DNA of 64,000 bases from Candidatus Omnitrophota bacterium (GTDB taxonomy: Bacteria > Ratteibacteria > UBA8468 > B48-G9 > DTJG01): assembly GCA_023484085.1 (NCBI GenBank), contig JAMDAS010000002.1, forward strand, positions 536-64,535, in the 5' to 3' direction. How positions within the stretch are numbered: position 1 is the stretch's first letter; the number at the start of each line of letters is the position of its first letter. The notes beneath the pieces are model-generated. The model did not search any database, had not been told where the DNA came from, and saw only the letters and a program-made list of their open reading frames with translations. Shown one piece after another: positions 44,956-53,503 of this stretch. The translations under genes and the position numbers were made by a program.

Positions 44956-45046
44956 GGAGGGGTCGCATAGAGGCCTAGTGCGGCGGATTGCTAATCCGTT
45001 GTATCGTCGCAAGGCGATACCGTGGGTTCAAATCCCACCCCCTCCG
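44956..45046 (+). tRNA. tRNA-Ser (GCT)
   Basis: 91 nt. Acceptor GGAGGGG/CCCCTCC, anticodon stem GCGGA/TCCGT with loop TTGCTAA, long variable arm (GTATCGTCGCAAGGCGATACC), T arm GTGGG-TTCAAAT-CCCAC. Confidence 0.9.
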
Positions 45047-45196
45047 TATAGCAATCTTCTACGGAGGTGGGAATTGAACCACGGGTTCACCACTACGGCT
45101 GTTTTTACCATACAGGAAGTTGCTTTCCAAAGAAGCCGTAGAGTGTGCGTCAATGGTGCATCTTGTATGGTTCTAGCACAATCCCACCCCCTCCGT
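45047..45196 (+). repeat. tRNA-linked module, family B (Ser locus) ending in a copy of the tRNA-Ser 3' end
   Basis: 45180-45196 AATCCCACCCCCTCCG duplicates 45030-45046. The core aligns with the Asp-locus B module. The 5' segment ACGGAGGTGGGA is complementary to the tRNA-Ser 3' end. Confidence 0.85.
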
Positions 45197-45217
45197 ATAG
45201 CAATCTTCTACGGAGGG
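45197..45217 (+). repeat. Second copy of the tRNA-Ser trailer (start of a third, diverged unit)
   Basis: TATAGCAATCTTCTACGGAGG repeats 45047-45067 exactly. The sequence then diverges into the toxin-antitoxin region. Confidence 0.7.
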
Positions 45218-45316
45218 TAACATATTAGCGTTAAAAAGTAAATTTCTATTTTTCTATCCCCTCAAGAAAGAGAGGATTTTACACTATTGATTACTTGCGA
45301 AATTTATTAAAGGGTA

Positions 45317-45568
45317 TTATTTATAAACATCTCTTCTGTGTCCAACTTTAAGAATTATAATATTGATATCTTCCAAATCGAAAATCACACGGTATTCTCC
45401 AATTCTATAGCGCCACTCTCCAAAGCGTGAATCTTTTATTTTTTCAGCAAAAATTAAAGGATTTTCTTGAGAAATAAAAAAATCAAGTTTGTCCTTAATC
45501 CTTTTCTGAATTTCTTTTTCAAGAGAAGATAATTGACGAAAAGAACGATTAGAAAAAATAATATTCAT
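45317..45568 (-). CDS. relE: RelE/ParE family type II toxin
   Basis: 83 aa: WRYRIGEYRVIFDLEDINIIILKVGHRRDVYK, the classic RelE/StbE C-terminus. Confidence 0.85.
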   Translation of the reverse strand: MNIIFSNRSFRQLSSLEKEIQKRIKDKLDFFISQENPLIFAEKIKDSRFGEWRYRIGEYRVIFDLEDINIIILKVGHRRDVYK

Positions 45569-45577
45569 TGAAAGAAC

Positions 45578-45796
45578 TCAGGAAATTTTTAATTTCTTTT
45601 TAACTTCGGCAAAACTAATTACTTTTCCTTCTTTAACCTCTTCTCTAACTTTTTTTATCTCTTTAGCTAAATTTTCTGAACGATACATTTCCCAATCTTC
45701 CAATTCTTCCTCAATCTCTTCCCATTTCTTCAATGGCAATATTACTACTCCTTCTTTTTTCTGTATATCTTCTTTTGACAATGTTATATTTTTCAT
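45578..45796 (-). CDS. Type II antitoxin (Phd/YefM- or RelB-like) paired with RelE
   Basis: 72 aa, acidic (VVILPLKKWEEIEEELEDWEMY). It lies 9 nt upstream of the toxin gene in the canonical antitoxin-first order. Confidence 0.7.
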   Translation of the reverse strand: MKNITLSKEDIQKKEGVVILPLKKWEEIEEELEDWEMYRSENLAKEIKKVREEVKEGKVISFAEVKKKLKIS

Positions 45797-45803
45797 ACTT
45801 TCA

Positions 45804-46112
45804 TTATAGCAAATATAGGTTAAAATTCAAATTTTTGAACATTTTTGATAAGCGACAATTAGGATACTCCCCACGATAGGATTGCACACCGTATATGGGA
45901 GTTGGGAAGAACAGTATACTACCAAACCCTACGCCCATAAAAAATAAATTTGACCAGGTGAAATATATGGGTATAAAATATATACAAAAGTACAAACAAA
46001 AAGAGGATATATGACACAAAATTATCCAGGCAGTAGATTTCAACCTTTCAGCAAATTCAGTATTTTTTCTTATTTCACCACCAAAACTATTCATATTAAA
46101 TTTATTACACAA
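45804..46112 (-). CDS. Questionable ORF (small hydrophobic protein)
   Basis: 102-aa ORF with two or three hydrophobic stretches and no recognisable RBS or motif. It may be spurious in AT-rich DNA. Confidence 0.2.
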   Translation of the reverse strand: MCNKFNMNSFGGEIRKNTEFAERLKSTAWIILCHISSFCLYFCIYFIPIYFTWSNLFFMGVGFGSILFFPTPIYGVQSYRGEYPNCRLSKMFKNLNFNLYLL

Positions 46113-46141
46113 ATATTCGTTTTAACGGAAAAGGAGAGTCT

Positions 46142-46906
46142 ATGAGTAAAAAAATTTTTGCAGGTGTTGGTTTGTTTCTTGTAATGTTTTTTTGCAGGAT
46201 ATCTTTGGCATCTCATGTATCATTTGAAGGACAATACTGGTTTCCAAGCCTGAATGGAAAAGTAAACATAACAGCCGGTGGAATAAGTGGAACAGAGATT
46301 AACATGAAAAATGACCTTGGCATGAGAGATGAAAACGTTCCTGAAGGGAAATTTACATGGACGATTAATCCCAAGAATAAAATAACACTTTCTTATTTAT
46401 GGGTTGAATATAACGGAAATGCCACTATAACTAAATCTATTAATTATAATGGACAGACCTATGCTATTGGGAATCATATTATTTCCCAGCTTGATTTAAA
46501 CGATATAAATATTGGATGGACAAGATATTTTGGAAACGTGAAAAATGCGAAGTTTAAAGTTGGACTTCTTCTTGAAGCAAGAGGGTTCCAGCTAAAAGGA
46601 AATCTTAATGATACAACTTTAGCCCTATCAACATCAAAAACAATTTCCGGGGTTTTACCGACAGTAGGGCTTGTTTTCAGTGTAAATCCCAATAAAAAGA
46701 TAAATATATTTGTGCGGGCTTCAGGGATAACTGCCGGTAAATATGGATATTTCCTGGATGCTCAAGGTGGAATTAAATGGCTACTATTGAAAAATTTTTA
46801 TATATCAGCCGGATATAGGACTCTTGATATAGAAGGTAAAAGCGACCCTGATTATGCAAAAATCCAGCTTTCAGGTCCATTTGTTGTAGCAGGCTTAAAA
46901 TTTTAA
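46142..46906 (+). CDS. Outer-membrane beta-barrel protein
   Basis: RBS AAGGAGAG, signal peptide (CRISLASH), alternating amphipathic beta strands, and the C-terminal signature ending ...VVAGLKF. Confidence 0.7.
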   Translation: MSKKIFAGVGLFLVMFFCRISLASHVSFEGQYWFPSLNGKVNITAGGISGTEINMKNDLGMRDENVPEGKFTWTINPKNKITLSYLWVEYNGNATITKSINYNGQTYAIGNHIISQLDLNDINIGWTRYFGNVKNAKFKVGLLLEARGFQLKGNLNDTTLALSTSKTISGVLPTVGLVFSVNPNKKINIFVRASGITAGKYGYFLDAQGGIKWLLLKNFYISAGYRTLDIEGKSDPDYAKIQLSGPFVVAGLKF

Positions 46907-46912
46907 CTTGAG

Positions 46913-46942
46913 AATCTCCCTGCGGCTTGCCGCAGGGAGATT
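46913..46942 (+). terminator. Rho-independent terminator after the OMP gene
   Basis: A 13-bp GC-rich stem AATCTCCCTGCGG / CCGCAGGGAGATT with a CTTG loop, followed by T-rich sequence. Confidence 0.7.
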
Positions 46943-47063
46943 CATCCTTTCTATTTTTGTTTCTAAGTATTATCAACCACTTGTCAAAAACCGGAATTTT
47001 CAGGACTTTAATTTTTTTTGATTTTATGCTATTATATATATTTAAAGTTTAGGGGAAAAATTT

Positions 47064-48074
47064 ATGAAAGCAGAAATAAAAGAACTTTCAAAATATGGCA
47101 GAGAAATAATATTTGAAGTTGACAGGGAAACTATTGAACAGGAAAAACAGACTGTAGTTAAACAGATTTCCAATTCTGCAAAAATACCAGGGTTTAGAGC
47201 CGGTAAAGTACCTGAAAACGTTATTCAAACAAGGTACCAGGATGCAATAAAGGAAAAACTGATAGAAAATCTTGTGAGTCGCTGTTATTTAGAAGTTACC
47301 AATCAAAACAAGATTGTCTCAATTATTGAACCTGAAGTTTCTGATGTCAAACTTGATACCACACTTAGTTTTAAGGTTTACGTGGAAATAAAACCAACAT
47401 CTTCAGTAAAGAAATATAAAGACCTTGTAGTAAAAAAAATAGAGCCTGAGCCTGTAACCAATGAGGATGTGGAAAAAGTTCTTACTCAGTATGAAAAGAG
47501 CAAGGAATTTGCCATTTCAGTCATTGACCCTGAAAAAAGAAAGGCATGGAAAGAGAAGGTGGGCAGGCAGCTTTTGGAATATAATAAACAGAAAGCTATC
47601 CAGGCTGAAGAAGACCAGCTGTGGGAAGAGCTCTTACAAAACAGTGAGATTGAAATCCCGGAAAAACTTTTATTTCAAAGAACAAGAAAAATTGCGGAAG
47701 AATGGCTGGGCTATATGAATTTAAAAGAAAAAACAAAGGATGAAACAGACAGGATTGTGGATGACACCTTAAAAAAGGCGAAACCTTATGCTGAAGAACA
47801 ATTGAAAAAGTATTTTATTCTTGAGAAAATATCCGAGCAGGAAAACATTAAGATTTCACAGGAAGAAATAGATGAAAGTCTGCAAAAGGCATCCCTGAAA
47901 TCCAGGGGTTCTGTATCAGACATAAAAAAACGGCTGGAAGAAACAGGGCGGATGGACGATTGGAAAGAGGATTTAAAAATTGACAAAACGTTCCAGTTTA
48001 TTAAAAATAATTCCAGGTGGATTGAAAAAATAATCTTACCGGGGGAAAAAAATGAAACCAGAAAAATTCAGTAA
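47064..48074 (+). CDS. tig: Trigger factor lacking the PPIase domain
   Basis: Ribosome-binding signature GFRAGKVP in the N domain and a C-terminal arm domain. At 336 aa it is about 95 aa short of typical TF, with no FKBP-like segment between the N and C domains. Confidence 0.8.
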   Translation: MKAEIKELSKYGREIIFEVDRETIEQEKQTVVKQISNSAKIPGFRAGKVPENVIQTRYQDAIKEKLIENLVSRCYLEVTNQNKIVSIIEPEVSDVKLDTTLSFKVYVEIKPTSSVKKYKDLVVKKIEPEPVTNEDVEKVLTQYEKSKEFAISVIDPEKRKAWKEKVGRQLLEYNKQKAIQAEEDQLWEELLQNSEIEIPEKLLFQRTRKIAEEWLGYMNLKEKTKDETDRIVDDTLKKAKPYAEEQLKKYFILEKISEQENIKISQEEIDESLQKASLKSRGSVSDIKKRLEETGRMDDWKEDLKIDKTFQFIKNNSRWIEKIILPGEKNETRKIQ

Positions 48075-48660
48075 TGTAAGGGGTCAGTTGATACCTTATG
48101 TTATTGAATCAACGGAAAAAGGGGAGCGGGCATATGATATTTATTCCCGGCTTTTAAAGGACAGGATAATATTTATTGGGTCCCCTGTAACGGATGAACT
48201 TGCAAATATTATAGTTGCCGAGCTTCTTTTTCTGCAGAATGAAGACGCGAAAAAAGAAATAAGTATATACCTGAATACCCCCGGCGGCTCTATTACTGCA
48301 GGGCTGGCAATATATGACACCATGCAATTTATAAAAAATGACGTAGCCACTTACTGTATAGGCCAGGCGGCAAGCATGGGGGCTCTTATTTTGGCGGGTG
48401 GAACAAAAGGCAGAAGATTTCTTTTACCCCATTCACGGGTTTTGATTCACCAGCCATGGGGGGAAATAGGAGGAACGACAATTGACGTGAGTATCCATAC
48501 AAAAGAAATGCTGAGGCTCAGAAGTATAATAAGTGAGCTTCTTGCCAAACACACGAACCAGGATATAAGCAGGATTGAAGCAGATACGGAAAGAGACTAT
48601 TTTATGTCTGCCCGGGAGTCTGTGGAGTATGGGATTGCAGATAACATTATATATCCTTAA
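48052..48660 (+). CDS. clpP: ATP-dependent Clp protease proteolytic subunit
   Basis: IPYVIE..ERAYDIYSRLL, catalytic GQAASMGA and HQP motifs. Confidence 0.95.
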   Translation: MKPEKFSNVRGQLIPYVIESTEKGERAYDIYSRLLKDRIIFIGSPVTDELANIIVAELLFLQNEDAKKEISIYLNTPGGSITAGLAIYDTMQFIKNDVATYCIGQAASMGALILAGGTKGRRFLLPHSRVLIHQPWGEIGGTTIDVSIHTKEMLRLRSIISELLAKHTNQDISRIEADTERDYFMSARESVEYGIADNIIYP

Positions 48661-48665
48661 AACAA

Positions 48666-51023
48666 ATGGCTATATTGAAAAAAAATAATTCATTGAAAAA
48701 GGAAATAAGGGAAGTTTCCGGGACAAAAGAGATACCTCTTGTTCCAATCAGAGATATGGTCATATTTCCTTATATGGTTCTTCCCTTGCTTGTGGGAAGA
48801 CAGCGGTCAGTCAATGCGGTTGAAGAATCCCTGGGAACGGATGGATTTGTTGTGATTGGCTTTCAAAATGACCCAAGAGTTGAAGAACCTCAATTGGAGA
48901 ATATCTATCCTGTAGGTATTTATGCAAAAGTTATACAGAGCCTCCGTGAATCAAATGGCACAATGAAAATCCTTGTTGAGAGCCTTGAGAGGGTTCACAT
49001 TCTTCAAGTGGTACAGGGTAAAAAGTATTTCAGCTGTATTATGGAAAAAGTAAAAGAGGAGATTTTCAAGGACAGGGAAACAGAAGCCTTGATGAGATTT
49101 GTTATGGACATTGTCCAGAAGTATCTTGCTCTTAACGTTCAAACGCCGAAAGAGTTTTATGGGACAATTATAGGAATTGAGGACCCTGAAAGACTTTCAG
49201 ACACTATTGCAGGATACCTTCCTTTAAAGATAAAGGATAAGGCCCGGCTCCTGGAAACGTTTAACGTTAAGGACAGGCTTAAAGCACTGATAGACGTTTT
49301 AAATAGTGAGATTAACGTTTTAGAAGTCCAGAAAGAGATACAGGAGAAGGTTGTAAAAAAAATAGAACAAACCCAGAAGGAATATCTGCTTCATGAACAG
49401 CTTAAAACAATCCAGCAGGAACTTGGGAAAGAAGCCACTGAAAATCCTGAAATTGTCCAGTTGGCTGAAAAAATCAAATCTGCAAAAATGAAACCAGAGG
49501 CAGAAACAAAGGCTTTGGATGAGCTAACCAGATTATCTAAAACAATGCCTATGTCACCTGAAGCAACCGTAATAAGAACGTATTTAGACTGGCTGATAAG
49601 CCTGCCATGGATAAAATACACGGAAGATAATCTTGACATAAAAAATGCTGAAAACATTCTTAATGAGGACCACTATGGACTTGAGAAACCGAAGGAAAGA
49701 ATCCTTGAATATCTTGCTGTTAGAAAAAGAACGGATTCCCTGAAAGGACCTATCCTGTGTTTTGTAGGTCCTCCAGGGGTTGGTAAAACGTCCCTTGGCA
49801 AATCCATAGCAAGATGTCTTGGAAGAAAATTCGTCAGGGTTTCCCTTGGCGGGGTCAGGGATGAGGCGGAAATTCGCGGGCACAGGAGAACGTACATAGG
49901 AGCGCTTCCCGGGAGAATAATGCAATCCATAAAAAAGTCAGGCGTAAATAATCCGGTTTTCCTTCTTGACGAGGTGGATAAGCTCGGCACAGATTTCCGT
50001 GGAGACCCATCCAGCGCTCTCCTTGAGGTTTTAGACCCGGAGCAGAATTTTGCTTTTTCTGACCATTACTTAGAGGTGGAATTTGACCTTTCAAAGGTGC
50101 TTTTTATCACAACTGCAAATACTGAATTTACAATACCGTCTCCGCTTCTTGACAGGATGGAGGTCATAAGCCTTCCAGGGTATTCAATCTGGGAAAAAGT
50201 GGAGATTGCAAAGAATTTTCTTATTCCCAGATTACTGACATCCCATGGTTTAAAAGAAGAAGAAATTAGATTTGCGGAGCCAGCCATAATGAAGCTTATA
50301 AAAGATTATACCAGGGAGGCGGGAGTAAGGAATCTTGAAAGGGAATTGGCAAACATATGCAGAAAAACAACAAGAGAGATTGTAGAGGGTGCTAATAAAA
50401 AATTTCACATAACCTCGCAGAGTGTTTATTCATATATTGGCCCTGAAAAATACTCTTCTTTCTCCATCCAGGAAGAACCCAAAATAGGCGTGGCTACGGG
50501 TATGGCATGGACGGAATATGGAGGGGATATTCTCTTTACTGAAATTGTTTTAATGAAAGGAAAGGGGAATCTTATACTTACGGGTAAACTTGGTGATGTA
50601 ATGAAGGAATCCGCACAGGCCTCCTTGAGTTTTGTTCGTGCAAACGTGGATAAATTTGGCATCAGCCCGGATTTTTATGAAAAAATGGATATTCACATAC
50701 ATGTTCCGGAAGGAGCCATTCCCAAGGACGGACCTTCAGCAGGCGTAACGATTGTTACTGCCATTGTATCTGCATTAAGTAAAAAATACGTCCGTAATGA
50801 CGTTGCAATGACAGGAGAAATAACCCTGCAGGGAAGGGTTTTAAAAATCGGGGGATTAAAAAGCAAGATACTTGCCGCGCACAGGTCCGGAATTAAAACA
50901 GTGATAATTCCCAAAGAAAATGAAAATGACATGGATGAAATACCCAAAAAAATCAGACAGGAGCTGGAAGTTGTTTCAGTAAGTAACATATTTGAAGTCC
51001 TGGATAAAGCCATGGTCCAATAA
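48666..51023 (+). CDS. lon: ATP-dependent Lon protease
   Basis: LON N domain, Walker A GPPGVGKTS, Walker B FLLDEVDK, and protease PKDGPSAG with catalytic Ser and K. Confidence 0.95.
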   Translation: MAILKKNNSLKKEIREVSGTKEIPLVPIRDMVIFPYMVLPLLVGRQRSVNAVEESLGTDGFVVIGFQNDPRVEEPQLENIYPVGIYAKVIQSLRESNGTMKILVESLERVHILQVVQGKKYFSCIMEKVKEEIFKDRETEALMRFVMDIVQKYLALNVQTPKEFYGTIIGIEDPERLSDTIAGYLPLKIKDKARLLETFNVKDRLKALIDVLNSEINVLEVQKEIQEKVVKKIEQTQKEYLLHEQLKTIQQELGKEATENPEIVQLAEKIKSAKMKPEAETKALDELTRLSKTMPMSPEATVIRTYLDWLISLPWIKYTEDNLDIKNAENILNEDHYGLEKPKERILEYLAVRKRTDSLKGPILCFVGPPGVGKTSLGKSIARCLGRKFVRVSLGGVRDEAEIRGHRRTYIGALPGRIMQSIKKSGVNNPVFLLDEVDKLGTDFRGDPSSALLEVLDPEQNFAFSDHYLEVEFDLSKVLFITTANTEFTIPSPLLDRMEVISLPGYSIWEKVEIAKNFLIPRLLTSHGLKEEEIRFAEPAIMKLIKDYTREAGVRNLERELANICRKTTREIVEGANKKFHITSQSVYSYIGPEKYSSFSIQEEPKIGVATGMAWTEYGGDILFTEIVLMKGKGNLILTGKLGDVMKESAQASLSFVRANVDKFGISPDFYEKMDIHIHVPEGAIPKDGPSAGVTIVTAIVSALSKKYVRNDVAMTGEITLQGRVLKIGGLKSKILAAHRSGIKTVIIPKENENDMDEIPKKIRQELEVVSVSNIFEVLDKAMVQ

Positions 51024-51026
51024 AAA

Positions 51027-52433
51027 ATGGAAGAAATAAAAGAAAATTGCGGTCTTGCCGGTATTTACAGGAATGAATCCGCCCCGAAAATACTTTACTT
51101 CTCTCTTTTTTCCCTGCAGCACCGCGGTCAGGAATCTGCAGGAATAATGGTATCCGATGGCAGGGAAATTTTAACCCACAGGGGTATGGGTCTTGTTTCA
51201 GAGGTGTTTAACGGCTCTAATCTTGAAAATCTCAAGGGAGATTTTGGAATAGGACACGTACGGTATTCAACGACAGGCAGCTCAAACGTAAAAAACGTCC
51301 AGCCTTTCTATATAGAATACCAGGGGAAAACCTATGGAATAGCCCATAATGGTAACCTTGTAAACAGCTACAGACTTAAAGCCTCTCTTGAAAAAAGGGG
51401 GGCAATTTTCCAGACAACAATGGATAGTGAAATCATACTTCATCTGCTTGTCAGGAGTCCCGGCAAAAACATAAAAGAAAAGATAGCATACACACTTAAA
51501 AAGCTCAAGGGGGCGTTTTCATTGCTTTTTTTTACAGAGAATGGGATAATTGCAGCGCGGGATTCACATGGATGGAGACCGCTTTCTGTCGGTAAAATAA
51601 ACAACAGCTACGTAATTGCCTCTGAAACGTGTGCTTTTGACCTTATCGGTGCGAAATACATAAAAGACGTCCAGCCGGGGGAAATGCTCCTGTTTGACCG
51701 GAAGGGAATGGAAAGTTTTTTCTGGGCTGAAGGCAGCATTAAAAAATATTGTATATTTGAATTTATTTATTTTGCACGACCTGACAGCCGTATATTTGAA
51801 ACGAGCGTCTATAGCACAAGAAAACGGCTCGGGGAAAAACTTGCAGATGAGTTTCCTTTTGATGGAGACATAGTTTTGCCTATCCCTGATTCCGGTAATC
51901 TTGCCGCAATTGGTTTTTCACAAAAAAGAAACATACCTCTTGAAATGGGGATTATAAAAAATCATTATATTGGAAGAACTTTTATCCAGCCTTATCAAAA
52001 AATCCGTGACGTAGACGTAAAAATCAAACTAAATCCCGTCAGAAGTATAATAGAGAACAAAAACATTATAGTTATTGAAGACTCCATCGTCCGCGGGACA
52101 ACGTGTAAAAATCGTGTGAGCGCCCTGAGGCAGGCAGGAGCAAAAAAAATATACATGGGGGTCAGCTGTCCTCCTATTATTTCGCCCTGTTATTATGGCA
52201 TAGACTTTCCTTCAAAAAAGGAATTGATTGCATCAAATAAAAGCACAGAGGAAATAAGAAAATTCTTAGGGCTGGACGGGCTTTATTATCTAAGCCTTGA
52301 GGGAATGCTTTCCTCCATGCTTATTTCAAAAGACGTTTTTTGCACATCATGTTTTACGGGAAAATATCCTGTAAAACCTGAAAAATGTTTTGGCAAGTAC
52401 CGGTTGGGAAAATGCGCACTAAAGGATATTTAG
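51027..52433 (+). CDS. purF: Amidophosphoribosyltransferase
   Basis: N-terminal CGLAGI (Ntn Cys), HRGQESAGI, PRT motif IVIEDSIVRGTT, and C-terminal Cys residues. Confidence 0.93.
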   Translation: MEEIKENCGLAGIYRNESAPKILYFSLFSLQHRGQESAGIMVSDGREILTHRGMGLVSEVFNGSNLENLKGDFGIGHVRYSTTGSSNVKNVQPFYIEYQGKTYGIAHNGNLVNSYRLKASLEKRGAIFQTTMDSEIILHLLVRSPGKNIKEKIAYTLKKLKGAFSLLFFTENGIIAARDSHGWRPLSVGKINNSYVIASETCAFDLIGAKYIKDVQPGEMLLFDRKGMESFFWAEGSIKKYCIFEFIYFARPDSRIFETSVYSTRKRLGEKLADEFPFDGDIVLPIPDSGNLAAIGFSQKRNIPLEMGIIKNHYIGRTFIQPYQKIRDVDVKIKLNPVRSIIENKNIIVIEDSIVRGTTCKNRVSALRQAGAKKIYMGVSCPPIISPCYYGIDFPSKKELIASNKSTEEIRKFLGLDGLYYLSLEGMLSSMLISKDVFCTSCFTGKYPVKPEKCFGKYRLGKCALKDI

Positions 52434-53503
52434 TTCTTGAGAATGGATTGATTTTTTCCGGTTATATTTTTGGTTTCCATAAAAAAACCTTCGGGGAGCT
52501 CATATTTAATACAAGTATGACCGGGTACCAGGAAATTGTTTATGACCCTTCCTACAAGGGACAGGTTGTTGTCATGACGTATCCTTTAATCGGAAATTAT
52601 GGCACAAATACCGAGGATGAGGAGTCTTACAGGATACACCTTGAAGGTTTTGTTGTTAATGAATTAAGCAAAATCCCGAGCAACTGGCGTTCAAGGAAAA
52701 GCCTGGACGAACTTTTTAAAGAAAACAAGGTTACGGGAATTGAAGAAATAGATACAAGAAAGCTCACGTGTATTTTAAGAGATGAGGGCGCTCTAAAGTG
52801 CGGCATTTTCTCTGGAGGTGGGGATTTTAAACAAATGCTTAAGGAAACCAGGGAGTCTTCTTCCATTATTGGTAAGGATATCGTAAAAGACGTTGTAAGA
52901 AAAGAGCCATTCTGGTGGAATAAGAGCGGAAAATTCAAGGTTCTGGTTATTGACTGCGGAACCAAATACAACATATTAAGGTTGCTTGCCAGACAGAATT
53001 TTCATGTCCGTGTGGTTCCGGCAGACTATCCGGCAGAGGAAATCATAAAAGAAAAGCCTGACGGAATTCTTATATCCAATGGACCCGGCGACCCTGAGCC
53101 TCTTGATTATGTTGTCCGGACAATATCCGGTATTATTGAACGATACCCGGTATTCGGAATCTGCCTTGGACAGCAGATACTTGGTATGGTTTTTGGCGGG
53201 AAAACCTATAAGCTTAAGTTTGGTCATCATGGTGCAAACCACCCGACAAAAACACTAAAAACAGGAAAGATTGACATAACAGTACAGAATCATGGATTTT
53301 GTGTTGACATTGATAGTTTAAAAGACCCGCACTGTGAAATCACCCATATAAACTTAAATGACATGACGCTTGAAGGTTTCAGGCACAAAAAATATCCTGT
53401 TTTTTCTGTCCAGTTTCATCCTGAGGCGTCCCCGGGTCCCCATGATGCAAACTATATTTTTAATGAATTTTGGACAATGATATGCCAAAAAGAAAAGACA
53501 TAA
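52412..53503 (+). CDS. carA: Carbamoyl-phosphate synthase small (glutaminase) subunit
   Basis: LVLENG.., TGYQE, triad region [23 protein letters not shown]. The start is at ATG 52412; the ORF track starts at 52385. Confidence 0.93.
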   Translation: MRTKGYLVLENGLIFSGYIFGFHKKTFGELIFNTSMTGYQEIVYDPSYKGQVVVMTYPLIGNYGTNTEDEESYRIHLEGFVVNELSKIPSNWRSRKSLDELFKENKVTGIEEIDTRKLTCILRDEGALKCGIFSGGGDFKQMLKETRESSSIIGKDIVKDVVRKEPFWWNKSGKFKVLVIDCGTKYNILRLLARQNFHVRVVPADYPAEEIIKEKPDGILISNGPGDPEPLDYVVRTISGIIERYPVFGICLGQQILGMVFGGKTYKLKFGHHGANHPTKTLKTGKIDITVQNHGFCVDIDSLKDPHCEITHINLNDMTLEGFRHKKYPVFSVQFHPEASPGPHDANYIFNEFWTMICQKEKT

